Positions 53,761 to 61,469 of a DNA stretch of 64,000 nt are shown one piece after another. This stretch comes from Flavobacteriales bacterium (GTDB lineage Bacteria > Bacteroidota > Bacteroidia > Flavobacteriales_F > PHOS-HE28), in NCBI GenBank assembly GCA_018057455.1, contig JAGPDT010000006.1, positions 2,272-66,271 of the forward strand. The letters run 5' to 3'. The notes beneath the pieces were generated by a model, which was given only the letters and a program-made list of their open reading frames with translations, was not told the DNA's origin and ran no database searches. A program made the position numbers and the translations under genes. Every line of letters begins with the position of its first letter. The first letter of the stretch is position 1.

Positions 53761-55080
53761 TTAATAATGGCACTTGGCACACTCAAAGCCGCCAAGTTCA
53801 CGTACGGTGATCTTCTCGTCCTCCAAGTATTTGCGCAATTCGCCCTGGCCCATGGGGGTGGTGGCCATGCGGCGGTGGATCTCCTGGTAGTAGCCATTGT
53901 CCGAACCGGCCACGGCCACTTCCTTGGTGTTGTGGCAGTCCAGGCACCACGCCATGGTCAGCGGGCTCCACTGTTGCACTTGGTCCATCTCGGTGTCCAC
54001 GGGGCCATGGCACTCCTGGCACTCCAATTTGCCCACGGCCACGTGCTGCTGGTGGCTGAAGAACACGTGGTCCGGCAGGTTGTGGACCTTGTTCCACACG
54101 ATGGGCTTCTGCTCGCCGGTGTATTTCATGGCGGCGGGGTCCCAACCGGTGGCCGCATAGATCTTGGCGATCTCGGCCGTGCCCGTGTTGGGGCCTTCAC
54201 TGATGGCCTGGTGGCAGTTCATGCACACATTGGCGCTGGGGATGCCGGCATGTTTGCTCTTCTCGGCGCCGCTATGGCAGTACTGGCAGTTGATGGCCAG
54301 GTTGTCCTTGCCGGCATGCAGGGAGTGATCGAAGGCGATGGGCTGGCTGGGCTTGTAGTGCGCCGCCTTGTCGCCACCGTACACCCCGATGTTGAAGAGG
54401 AAGTTCCACAGCAGCACCAAGGCCCACACCACCACCAGCAGCACGGTCACCGAAGCCCAGCCCTTGTTGCGCACGGCCCATTGGCGGATGCGGCCCCAGG
54501 TGCCCAAGGCAGGCTCAGGAGCAAGGCCTTGTTTTTCGCGGACCGCATTGGACAGTTGATGGCGCACGCCGCCCAGGGAGAGCAGCACCAGCAACAGGAT
54601 CAGGCCGGTGACCACCAGCCATTGCCACGAACTGGACGGCTCCTGGGCCGCAGCTTCAGGTGCGGCGGCTTCGGCCTGCTTGGCGCCGGCCGGGGCGAAA
54701 TTGTCCGCGTAGTAAAGCACCGCGTCAATCTCCTCGTTGGTGAGGGCCTGCGGCGGCATCACGATCTTGTTGTGTTCCTCGAAGATCTGTTTGGCATGGG
54801 CGTTGCCGGACTTGATGTAGCCCTGGCTGTCCTTGATCCACTCATGCACGTCGCCCTTGCCATCCCAGCGCTCCTTGGCCCCTTTCACCGCTGGGCCGGT
54901 CATGTCCTTGTCCGGCTTGTGGCAACTGCCGCAGTTGGCTTTGAAGATCTTCTCGCCGTTGTCGTACACCGCTTGGTCCACCTGTGCCGATGCAGGGGTG
55001 CCGGTCACGAGGAAAGCGAGCAGGACGATGTGGCCGCACAAACCGACCGGATGCTTAAAAAGCCTTGATACAAGGGACAT
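53761..55080 (-). CDS. actA: alternative complex III subunit ActA (multiheme cytochrome c with N-terminal class-I cytochrome c domain)
   Basis: Six CxxCH motifs (CGSCH, CQYCH, CMNCH, CQECH, CLDCH, CAKCH) and one internal TM segment. The ATG is at 55080; the track's 55089 is a TTG. Confidence 0.85.
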   Translation of the reverse strand: MSLVSRLFKHPVGLCGHIVLLAFLVTGTPASAQVDQAVYDNGEKIFKANCGSCHKPDKDMTGPAVKGAKERWDGKGDVHEWIKDSQGYIKSGNAHAKQIFEEHNKIVMPPQALTNEEIDAVLYYADNFAPAGAKQAEAAAPEAAAQEPSSSWQWLVVTGLILLLVLLSLGGVRHQLSNAVREKQGLAPEPALGTWGRIRQWAVRNKGWASVTVLLVVVWALVLLWNFLFNIGVYGGDKAAHYKPSQPIAFDHSLHAGKDNLAINCQYCHSGAEKSKHAGIPSANVCMNCHQAISEGPNTGTAEIAKIYAATGWDPAAMKYTGEQKPIVWNKVHNLPDHVFFSHQQHVAVGKLECQECHGPVDTEMDQVQQWSPLTMAWCLDCHNTKEVAVAGSDNGYYQEIHRRMATTPMGQGELRKYLEDEKITVRELGGFECAKCHY

Positions 55081-55123
55081 TCCAAACAATTTTGAAGGCG
55101 GACCACCATGGATTCGCGCCGGG

Positions 55124-55131
55124 CAAAAGTA
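55124..55131 (-). promoter_or_regulatory. candidate -7 box (TACTTTTG, perfect TAnnTTTG) for the act-cox operon
   Basis: The plus strand reads caaaagta. It lies 43 nt upstream of the actA ATG. I found no clear -33 TTG. Confidence 0.4.
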
Positions 55132-55188
55132 GGCGCGGAGCGATATGGGCGCATCCGCACTTCGCGCGGTAGCCGCGCCATTCCATTA

Positions 55189-55205
55189 TTTAGAACGGTT
55201 CTAAA
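55189..55205. promoter_or_regulatory. perfect 8-1-8 inverted repeat TTTAGAAC-G-GTTCTAAA (candidate operator / activator site)
   Basis: Read directly from the sequence. It is an AT-rich island in a GC-rich intergenic region, 58-74 nt upstream of the candidate act -7 box and about 165 nt upstream of the SPOR-gene -7 box on the other strand. Confidence 0.35.
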
Positions 55206-55349
55206 AATGTTGGCTCATCATACAAGCCGCATCATTGTTGAGCTTTCGCATGTCATCGGCCTGTCATATTCCGTGGTTGCAGCGCCCACGAATTGGCCTT
55301 GCGGGCCCCGGACCATCGGTTGGCATGCGTTCATTTCGTGGCCGCGTGC

Positions 55350-55378
55350 TTGCCCGATCCCCGCTACCGGTACTTTTG
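55350..55378 (+). promoter_or_regulatory. candidate promoter TTG-N18-TACTTTTG abutting the SPOR gene start
   Basis: TTG at 55350-55352 and tacttttg at 55371-55378, with only 7 nt before the ATG at 55386. This implies a near-leaderless mRNA. Confidence 0.45.
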
Positions 55379-55385
55379 GCCACCT

Positions 55386-55880
55386 ATGCGCCTGATCGCC
55401 CTGCTTTGTACGTTGTCCTGTGCCGGTGCGGCCTTGGCCCAGGAGGACCAGTTCCTCCACCAGCGCACACCTGCCCGATCCGCTGCCGTTGAAAGGCCGG
55501 TAGGCCGCCAACAGGACACGGCCCGTGTGCCCGTGGGCACGGTCACCATCGTGGAGAGCAGCCGGATCCAAGGCTATATGGTGGACTATACGGCCAAGAA
55601 GCGGGCGCTGAAGGGGTATCGGGTCCAGATCTTCCTCGGCGACAGGTCCCAGGCCGAAGCGGTGCGCCGCTCGTTCCTGCAACAGCATCCCGACATCCCG
55701 GCTTATCTCAGTTACCTGGCCCCCAATTTCCGGGTGCGCGTGGGCGACCTGCGCGACCGCATGGAGGCCGAATTCCTCAAGGACAAGCTGCGGCCCGCAT
55801 TCCCCGGATCCTATCTCGTGCCGGATGATATTCAACCGCCCAAGTTGAAGACCATCGCGGAATCCGGCACGGCCCCTTGA
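55386..55880 (+). CDS. SPOR domain-containing protein
   Basis: Signal peptide MRLIALLCTLSCAGAALAQ and a C-terminal SPOR-like repeat: GYRVQIFLGDRSQAEAVRRSFLQQHPDIPAYLSYLAPNFRVRVGDLRDRMEAEFLKDKL. Confidence 0.75.
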   Translation: MRLIALLCTLSCAGAALAQEDQFLHQRTPARSAAVERPVGRQQDTARVPVGTVTIVESSRIQGYMVDYTAKKRALKGYRVQIFLGDRSQAEAVRRSFLQQHPDIPAYLSYLAPNFRVRVGDLRDRMEAEFLKDKLRPAFPGSYLVPDDIQPPKLKTIAESGTAP

Positions 55881-55882
55881 TA

Positions 55883-55912
55883 CGAACGCCGCACCCGACT
55901 GCGCGGCGTTCG
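55883..55912 (+). terminator. stem-loop after the SPOR gene (10-bp perfect stem, no U-tract)
   Basis: cgaacgccgc - 10 nt - gcggcgttcg, beginning 3 nt after the stop codon. It lies between convergent genes (SPOR and infB). The lack of a T-run lowers confidence. Confidence 0.35.
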
Positions 55913-56016
55913 GGCACAACGCCCCCAGCGCCGGCATTTTCAACTTGGCCAACCAGGGCACTGGCGCCGGGATGGGCCGTACCGCCCGCGGTGCGCTGTG
56001 GCCAGCGCTGCTCCGG

Positions 56017-58782
56017 TCAGTCCGCCAACGTGCGCTTCACCTCCACCACCTCGAAGGCCTCGATGTGGTCGCCCACCTTGATGTCGTTGAAGTTCTTGAT
56101 GCTCAGGCCGCACTCGTACCCGTGGGTGACCTCCTTCACGTCGTCCTTGAAGCGCTTGAGGTCGCTGAGGTCGCCGGTGTACACCACGATGCTGTCGCGG
56201 ATCAGGCGCACCTTGCTGTTGCGCGAGAGCTTGCCGTCCAGCACATAACAGCCGGCCACCGTGCCTACCTTGCTGATGCGGAAGGTCTCGCGCACCTCGG
56301 CCGTGCCGATCACCTTCTCCTCCTGTTTGGGTGCCAGCATGCCTTCCATGGCTTGCTTGAGTTCCTCGATGGCGTCGTAGATGATGGAATAGAGGCGGAT
56401 CTCGATCTCTTCCTGCTCGGCCAGTCGGCGTGCGCCAACGGTAGGCCGTACCTGGAAGCCGATGATGATGGCGTTGGAAGCTGAGGCCAGCAGCACATCG
56501 CTTTCGGCAATGGGGCCCACCGCGCGGTGGATCACATCCACTTTGATCTGCTCGGTACTGAGCTTGAGCAATGAATCGGTGAGCGCTTCCACGGAACCGT
56601 CCACGTCACCTTTGACGATGATGTTCAGCTCCTTGAAGTCGCCGATGGCCAAGCGACGGCCGATCTCATCCAAGGTGATGTGCTTGCGGGTGCGGATGCC
56701 CTGCTCGCGCTGCAATTGATGGCGCCGCGTGGCGATCTGGCGGGCTTCCCGTTCATCTTCCATCACTTGGAAGCGGTCGCCGGCATTGGGCGCACCGTCC
56801 AGGCCCAGGATCGAAACGGGGACGGACGGACCGGCTTCGGCCACACCCTGTCCACGTTCGTTGAACATGTTGCGCACACGGCCGCTGTACTGGCCCACCA
56901 GCAGCACGTCCCCCTTATGCAGGGTGCCGCCCTCCACCAGCAGGGTGGTGACGTAGCCACGGCCCACTTCAAGGGTGCTTTCGATCACCACGCCGGTACC
57001 GCGCTTGCCGGGATCGGCCTGCAGCTCCAGCATGTCCGCTTCCAAGAGCACCTTCTCCAGCAGTTGGTCCACGCCCATGCCTTTCTTGGCGCTGATCTCC
57101 TGGGTCTGGTATTTGCCGCCCCATTCCTCCACCAGGATGTTCATTTGGGAGAGCTGCTCGCGGATCTTCTCGGCGTTGGCCTGGGGCTTGTCGATCTTGT
57201 TGAAGGCGAAGACCATGGGCACCCCGGCGGCCAGCGCGTGGTTGATGGCCTCGCGTGTTTGGGGCATCACGCTGTCGTCCGCGGCGATGACGATGATGGC
57301 GATGTCGGTGACCTTGGCGCCACGTGCCCGCATGGCGGTGAACGCCTCGTGGCCCGGCGTGTCCAGGAAGGTGATCTTGCGTCCGTTGTCCAGGGCCACG
57401 CTATAGGCCCCGATGTGCTGGGTGATGCCACCGGCCTCACCGGCGATCACGTTGGCCTTGCGGATGTGGTCCAGCAGGGAGGTTTTACCGTGGTCCACAT
57501 GGCCCATGACGGTGACGATCGGTGCACGCGGGGCGACCCGGTCCGGGTCATCGAACTCCTCCACGGTATCGTCCTGCACATCGGCCCCGACGAACTCCAC
57601 CTTGAAGCCGTACTCATCGGCGATCACCGAGAGGGTCTCGGCATCCAATCGCTGGTTGATGCTCACCATCATGCCCAGCGCGAAGCAGGCCTTGATGATG
57701 TCGGTGACGGGCATGTCCATCATGGAAGCCAGTTCGCTGGCGGTGACGAACTCGGTGACCTTGAGGGTGCGGCCCGCCAATTGGCGCGCTTGGTTTTCTT
57801 CTTCACGGCGCATGGAGCGTTCCATGCGCTTGTCCGTTTTACGTTTGGCCGAACGGCTCTTGCCGCCGCCGGTAAGCCGGGCCAAGGTTTCGCTCACCTT
57901 GCGCTTTACGGCATTTTCGTCCAGCTGCTCCGGAGGCCCTTGAGCGGTTTTGCGCTGCTGCTGCTGCACCACGCGGCCCACGTTCACCGGGCCGGTCTTC
58001 ACGATCCGCTTACGGCGGCCGCGGTCCGCATCACGGTCTGCGGGCTTGCGCTCACGCTCCTTGGGCAGTTCGATCTTGCCCAAGGTCTTCGGGCCGGTCA
58101 ACCGTTCCACGTTCACGCGGATGGTCTCCGGCTCCACTTTGGCCGGAGGTGGCGGTGGCGGTGGCGGCGCCGCTGGTGCCACGGGTGTGGCTGCCACCGG
58201 TTTCGGTGCCTCGGCAACAGGGGCTTCCTTCTTGGGTGCGGCCTTGGTCGCCCTCTTGGGCTCCAGGTCGATCTTGCCGATGGTCTTGGGTCCGGCCATA
58301 CGCTGGGGCGTGGCCTTGATCACGTCCGATGACCCATCCGGCGTGGTGCTTTCAGCACGGGGCTCCTCCTGCTGCCCGGCCTTGGTTGCAACCGGTGCCG
58401 GTTCCGCAGGTGCCGGTTCCACCGGCACCTGCGGAACCTGGGCCACCGGCTCAGGAACGGTCGCAGGTTCCACGGGCTGGGGAGCCGGGGCAGGCGGGGC
58501 GGCGGGTTCGGGTGCGGGGGGCGGTTCAGGCACGCTCGGCAAGGCCACGGCCTCACGCTCCTGGCGTTCCTGGATCACTTGTTTGCTGGCCTCCTTCTCC
58601 GCCTTGTCCTGGCCGAATTCCTTTTCCAGCAGGGCATACAGCTCGCCGGGGATCTTGGCGTTCGGCGATGCCTCCACGGCATGGCCCTTGGCGGCCAGGA
58701 ATTCCACCACGGTGTGCACACCGAGGTTGAAATCCCGGGTCACCTTGCTCAATCGTACCGTTTTCCCTGCCGTTTCACTCAT
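56017..58782 (-). CDS. infB: translation initiation factor IF-2
   Basis: 921 aa. It has a Pro/Ala-rich N-terminal linker and a GTPase core: [29 protein letters not shown]. Confidence 0.95.
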   Translation of the reverse strand: MSETAGKTVRLSKVTRDFNLGVHTVVEFLAAKGHAVEASPNAKIPGELYALLEKEFGQDKAEKEASKQVIQERQEREAVALPSVPEPPPAPEPAAPPAPAPQPVEPATVPEPVAQVPQVPVEPAPAEPAPVATKAGQQEEPRAESTTPDGSSDVIKATPQRMAGPKTIGKIDLEPKRATKAAPKKEAPVAEAPKPVAATPVAPAAPPPPPPPPAKVEPETIRVNVERLTGPKTLGKIELPKERERKPADRDADRGRRKRIVKTGPVNVGRVVQQQQRKTAQGPPEQLDENAVKRKVSETLARLTGGGKSRSAKRKTDKRMERSMRREEENQARQLAGRTLKVTEFVTASELASMMDMPVTDIIKACFALGMMVSINQRLDAETLSVIADEYGFKVEFVGADVQDDTVEEFDDPDRVAPRAPIVTVMGHVDHGKTSLLDHIRKANVIAGEAGGITQHIGAYSVALDNGRKITFLDTPGHEAFTAMRARGAKVTDIAIIVIAADDSVMPQTREAINHALAAGVPMVFAFNKIDKPQANAEKIREQLSQMNILVEEWGGKYQTQEISAKKGMGVDQLLEKVLLEADMLELQADPGKRGTGVVIESTLEVGRGYVTTLLVEGGTLHKGDVLLVGQYSGRVRNMFNERGQGVAEAGPSVPVSILGLDGAPNAGDRFQVMEDEREARQIATRRHQLQREQGIRTRKHITLDEIGRRLAIGDFKELNIIVKGDVDGSVEALTDSLLKLSTEQIKVDVIHRAVGPIAESDVLLASASNAIIIGFQVRPTVGARRLAEQEEIEIRLYSIIYDAIEELKQAMEGMLAPKQEEKVIGTAEVRETFRISKVGTVAGCYVLDGKLSRNSKVRLIRDSIVVYTGDLSDLKRFKDDVKEVTHGYECGLSIKNFNDIKVGDHIEAFEVVEVKRTLAD

Positions 58783-58829
58783 TCGCCTGCTCCTTGTTAA
58801 CCCTCCCTTGTGCGCACCCGCGGCACGTT

Positions 58830-60068
58830 TTACTTCGACAATTCCAATTTCAGGATCCGCAGCACCTCCAGAACGGTTTCATCCTCCAGGTCCGTGCGCT
58901 TGGCCAGTTCGTCCGGGGCCACTTCCAGCACGGACCGCGCGGTATCGCAGCCGATGTTCTTCAATGCCTCGAGGATCCATGGCTCGATCTCGTCCCTGAA
59001 CTCGTCCAGGTCCACATCATCGGTCACTTCATCGCTGTCGCGGTACACGTCGATGTCGAACCCGGTGAGCTTGCCGGCGAGCTTGATGTTGTGGCCGCCC
59101 TTGCCGATGGCCAAGGCCACCTGGTCGGGCTTCATGTACACCTCGGCCCGCTTGTTGGCCTCGTCCAGCTTGATCTCGCCCACTTTGGCGGGGCTCAGCG
59201 CGCGCTGGATCAGCAGCTGGTCGTTGGCCGTGTAGTTGATCACGTCGATGTTCTCGTTGCGCAGCTCGCGCACGATGCCGTGGATGCGGCTGCCCTTCAT
59301 GCCCACGCAGGCGCCCACCGGGTCGATGCGGTCATCGTAGCTTTCCACGGCCACCTTGGCGCGCTCACCGGGTTCACGCACGATGCGCTTGATGGTGATC
59401 AGCCCGTCGGCCACCTCGGGCACTTCCTGCTCGAAGAGCTTTTCGAGGAACTCCGGCGCCGTGCGCGAGAGCAGCACCACCGGGCTGTTGTTGCGCATTT
59501 CCACCTTCCATACCACGGCGCGCACCGTGTCGCCCTTCTTGAAGAAGTCGGTCTTGATCTGCTGGTCCTTGGGCATGATCAGCTCGTTGCCTTCATCGTC
59601 CAGCACCAGCGTTTCGCGCTTCCATACCTGGTACACTTCGCCGGTGATGATCTCGCCCACCCTTTCCTTGTACTTGGCATAGATGTGGTCCTTCTCCAGC
59701 TCCATGATCCGTCCCTGGAGGTTCTGTTTCAGGGAGAGGATGTTGCGGCGGCCGAAGTCGATGATCTTCACTTCCTGGCTGACCTCTTCGCCCACCTCGA
59801 AGTCGGGCTCGATCTTGAGGGCCTCGCTGAGGGCGATCTGCAGGCCTTCGTCCTCCACCTGATCATCGGCCACGATCTCGCGGTTCAGCCAGATCTCCAG
59901 GTCGCCCTTGTCCGGGTTGATGATGATGTCGAATTTGGCCTCTTCGCCGTACTTGCGCTTCACCACGCCGCGGAACACGTCTTCCAGGATGCCCATCATG
60001 GTCACCCGGTCGATGTTCTTGATATCCTTGAATTCCCCGAAGGATTCGATGAGGTTCACTGTGCTCAT
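58830..60068 (-). CDS. nusA: transcription termination/antitermination factor NusA
   Basis: S1 and KH domains ([42 protein letters not shown]). The ATG is at 60068; the track's 60080 is a TTG. Confidence 0.93.
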   Translation of the reverse strand: MSTVNLIESFGEFKDIKNIDRVTMMGILEDVFRGVVKRKYGEEAKFDIIINPDKGDLEIWLNREIVADDQVEDEGLQIALSEALKIEPDFEVGEEVSQEVKIIDFGRRNILSLKQNLQGRIMELEKDHIYAKYKERVGEIITGEVYQVWKRETLVLDDEGNELIMPKDQQIKTDFFKKGDTVRAVVWKVEMRNNSPVVLLSRTAPEFLEKLFEQEVPEVADGLITIKRIVREPGERAKVAVESYDDRIDPVGACVGMKGSRIHGIVRELRNENIDVINYTANDQLLIQRALSPAKVGEIKLDEANKRAEVYMKPDQVALAIGKGGHNIKLAGKLTGFDIDVYRDSDEVTDDVDLDEFRDEIEPWILEALKNIGCDTARSVLEVAPDELAKRTDLEDETVLEVLRILKLELSK

Positions 60069-60076
60069 TGCACTGT

Positions 60077-60544
60077 TCAATTGAGTTTGATCGTAGCCTG
60101 CGTGCTTTTGATGGCGGTGAAGGGGACCACCGTTGTTTCCTCCGCCGGTTTGGGCTTGCGGCCCTTCACTTTGGACGGTTCCAGGATGCGGACCGTGAGC
60201 GCATCGGGGGCGAAAGCCTCCAGCAGCCCCACCAGTTTCCCGCCGTCGTGGAAGGCCAATTCCACCTCCTGGCCCAAGTGCTTGCGGTATTGGCGCTCCA
60301 CCTTGAAAGGCCGGCCCAGGCCGGGGCTGCCCACCTGTAGCTCCACGTCGTCCAAGGCCTCACCGAATGCGTCGCGCAGCGCTTTGTTGATGGTGCTGAG
60401 CACCGCCAAGGTCACCGGCGCCTCCTCGCCGTCCACCTCCACCACGGCCTTGCCCCCGGGGCGCACTTCGGCACACACCACAAAGTGCGCCGAGCCTTCC
60501 AGCTGGCGTTGCAGGGCTTGTTCCAATTGTTGGGAGGTGATCAT
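60077..60544 (-). CDS. rimP: ribosome maturation factor RimP
   Basis: Contains LQVGSPGLGRPFK and sits at the head of the rimP-nusA-infB arrangement. The ATG is at 60544; the track's 60571 is a TTG. Confidence 0.85.
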   Translation of the reverse strand: MITSQQLEQALQRQLEGSAHFVVCAEVRPGGKAVVEVDGEEAPVTLAVLSTINKALRDAFGEALDDVELQVGSPGLGRPFKVERQYRKHLGQEVELAFHDGGKLVGLLEAFAPDALTVRILEPSKVKGRKPKPAEETTVVPFTAIKSTQATIKLN

Positions 60545-60566
60545 GTGCCGGCCTGAACGGACCGGG

Positions 60567-60592
60567 AACAAAAAAGAGGGGCGGTCCCCTCT
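60567..60592 (-). terminator. rho-independent terminator on the minus strand
   Basis: On the minus strand the sequence reads agagggg-accg-cccctct followed by tttttgtt. It lies 180 nt downstream of hepT and just upstream of rimP. Confidence 0.5.
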
Positions 60593-60772
60593 TCCTCACT
60601 TTCGCCGCATCCGAACGGCCGCAAAGATAGCGCGATCGGGGGAATGGCCAAGTTTCAACTGAAAATGGGAATGGGGGGAGGAGAACTCCTGGACATGGGC
60701 ATACTGCCGCAGCGTCAAATTCCGCATGCCGGCCATACCTCCTTCACTTTTCCGGATGCAGCCTGATCTGGC

Positions 60773-61108
60773 TTAAGCATGGATCTTCTTCAGCTGCAGT
60801 TCAAGGATCGGGATGTCATATTGTATGATGGTCCAAATGATGCTCAGGTCTACACCAAAATAAACGTGGATCAGGAAGTTCCGAAAGCCTCTCATTCCCT
60901 CCCAATCCACTTCACCGTTTTCTGTGCGTAGCTCCATGGACAGATTCTTGGCCGCCTCACCGATCACCTCGAAGTTGCGGATCACGGCATCCTGGATGAT
61001 CACATCCGACTCGAACGCGGCTTGGTCCAGTTCGTCAGTCGCCATCAAAATGCGCCCGATGGCGACCCGAATATCCTGAAGGAGCAATGCATCCGACCGC
61101 CTAGACAT
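60773..61108 (-). CDS. hepT: HepT-like (DUF86) RNase toxin of a type VII toxin-antitoxin pair
   Basis: 111 aa with the Rx4HxY motif in FRNFLIHVYF. It overlaps the upstream mntA-like gene by 8 nt. Confidence 0.8.
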   Translation of the reverse strand: MSRRSDALLLQDIRVAIGRILMATDELDQAAFESDVIIQDAVIRNFEVIGEAAKNLSMELRTENGEVDWEGMRGFRNFLIHVYFGVDLSIIWTIIQYDIPILELQLKKIHA

Positions 61109-61391
61109 CGATCATGTCCTTGCGGATCGCCTCGTAATAACCCGGTTTGATGCCTCCACGTGAAACCAAGTCCACCTTTCGGCCCAGTAATGCCTGCAAC
61201 TCCTCCGCCAGACGGATGAACTGCATGCCAACAGGCTGCGAGAACTCCACCAGGACATCCACATCACTTTCCGGCCCGTCTTCGCTCCGGCTAACGGAAC
61301 CAAAAATAGCAAGGGACCGAATGGGGTACTTGGCCAATATGGCCGGCTTCGCGGCCCGCATCCGGTCCAACAGGTATTGCCTGGTTGACAT
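61101..61391 (-). CDS. mntA: MntA-like minimal nucleotidyltransferase antitoxin
   Basis: 96 aa. Contains LAIFGSVSRSEDGPESDVDVLVEF (the GSx10DxD polymerase-beta-type nucleotidyltransferase motif). Confidence 0.8.
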   Translation of the reverse strand: MSTRQYLLDRMRAAKPAILAKYPIRSLAIFGSVSRSEDGPESDVDVLVEFSQPVGMQFIRLAEELQALLGRKVDLVSRGGIKPGYYEAIRKDMIDV

Positions 61392-61396
61392 TTAAG

Positions 61397-61404
61397 CAAA
61401 TGTA
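61397..61404 (-). promoter_or_regulatory. candidate -7 box (TACATTTG, perfect TAnnTTTG) 5 nt upstream of the mntA ATG
   Basis: The plus strand reads caaatgta. On the minus strand this is TACATTTG-cttaa-ATG, with a TTG 17 nt upstream. This implies a leaderless transcript. Confidence 0.45.
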
Positions 61405-61469
61405 TCCATTTACAACGTTCGCAACCGACAGTGCGTGCGGTCCCCAACCCGTTTTGGCATTGAACCCGA

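Noticed and set aside
55164-55178. GCGGTAG inside a small GC hairpin, resembling the ops/JUMPstart element (GGCGGTAG) of enterobacterial polysaccharide operons.
   Set aside because: It is only a 7/8 match and lies in the act/SPOR intergenic region, not in the polysaccharide locus. The plus-strand orientation does not match a polysaccharide leader, and RfaH/ops is not known to me in this phylum. It is most likely chance in GC-rich DNA.
58148-58168. Tandem (GGTGGC)x3 repeat in infB encoding a run of eight prolines.
   Set aside because: It lies in the Pro/Ala-rich, poorly conserved N-terminal linker of IF-2, where such low-complexity repeats are common. It may vary in length between strains, but there is no reason to infer regulation.
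60593-60772. A 180-bp gap between hepT and the terminator, and other gaps (40333-40515, 37537-37741), checked for tRNA, small RNA or small ORFs.
   Set aside because: I could see no cloverleaf-compatible arms or conserved tRNA boxes. The only feature is a roughly 30-codon ORF with no supporting signals. A proper tRNA/ncRNA scan (tRNAscan-SE, Infernal/Rfam) was not possible here.
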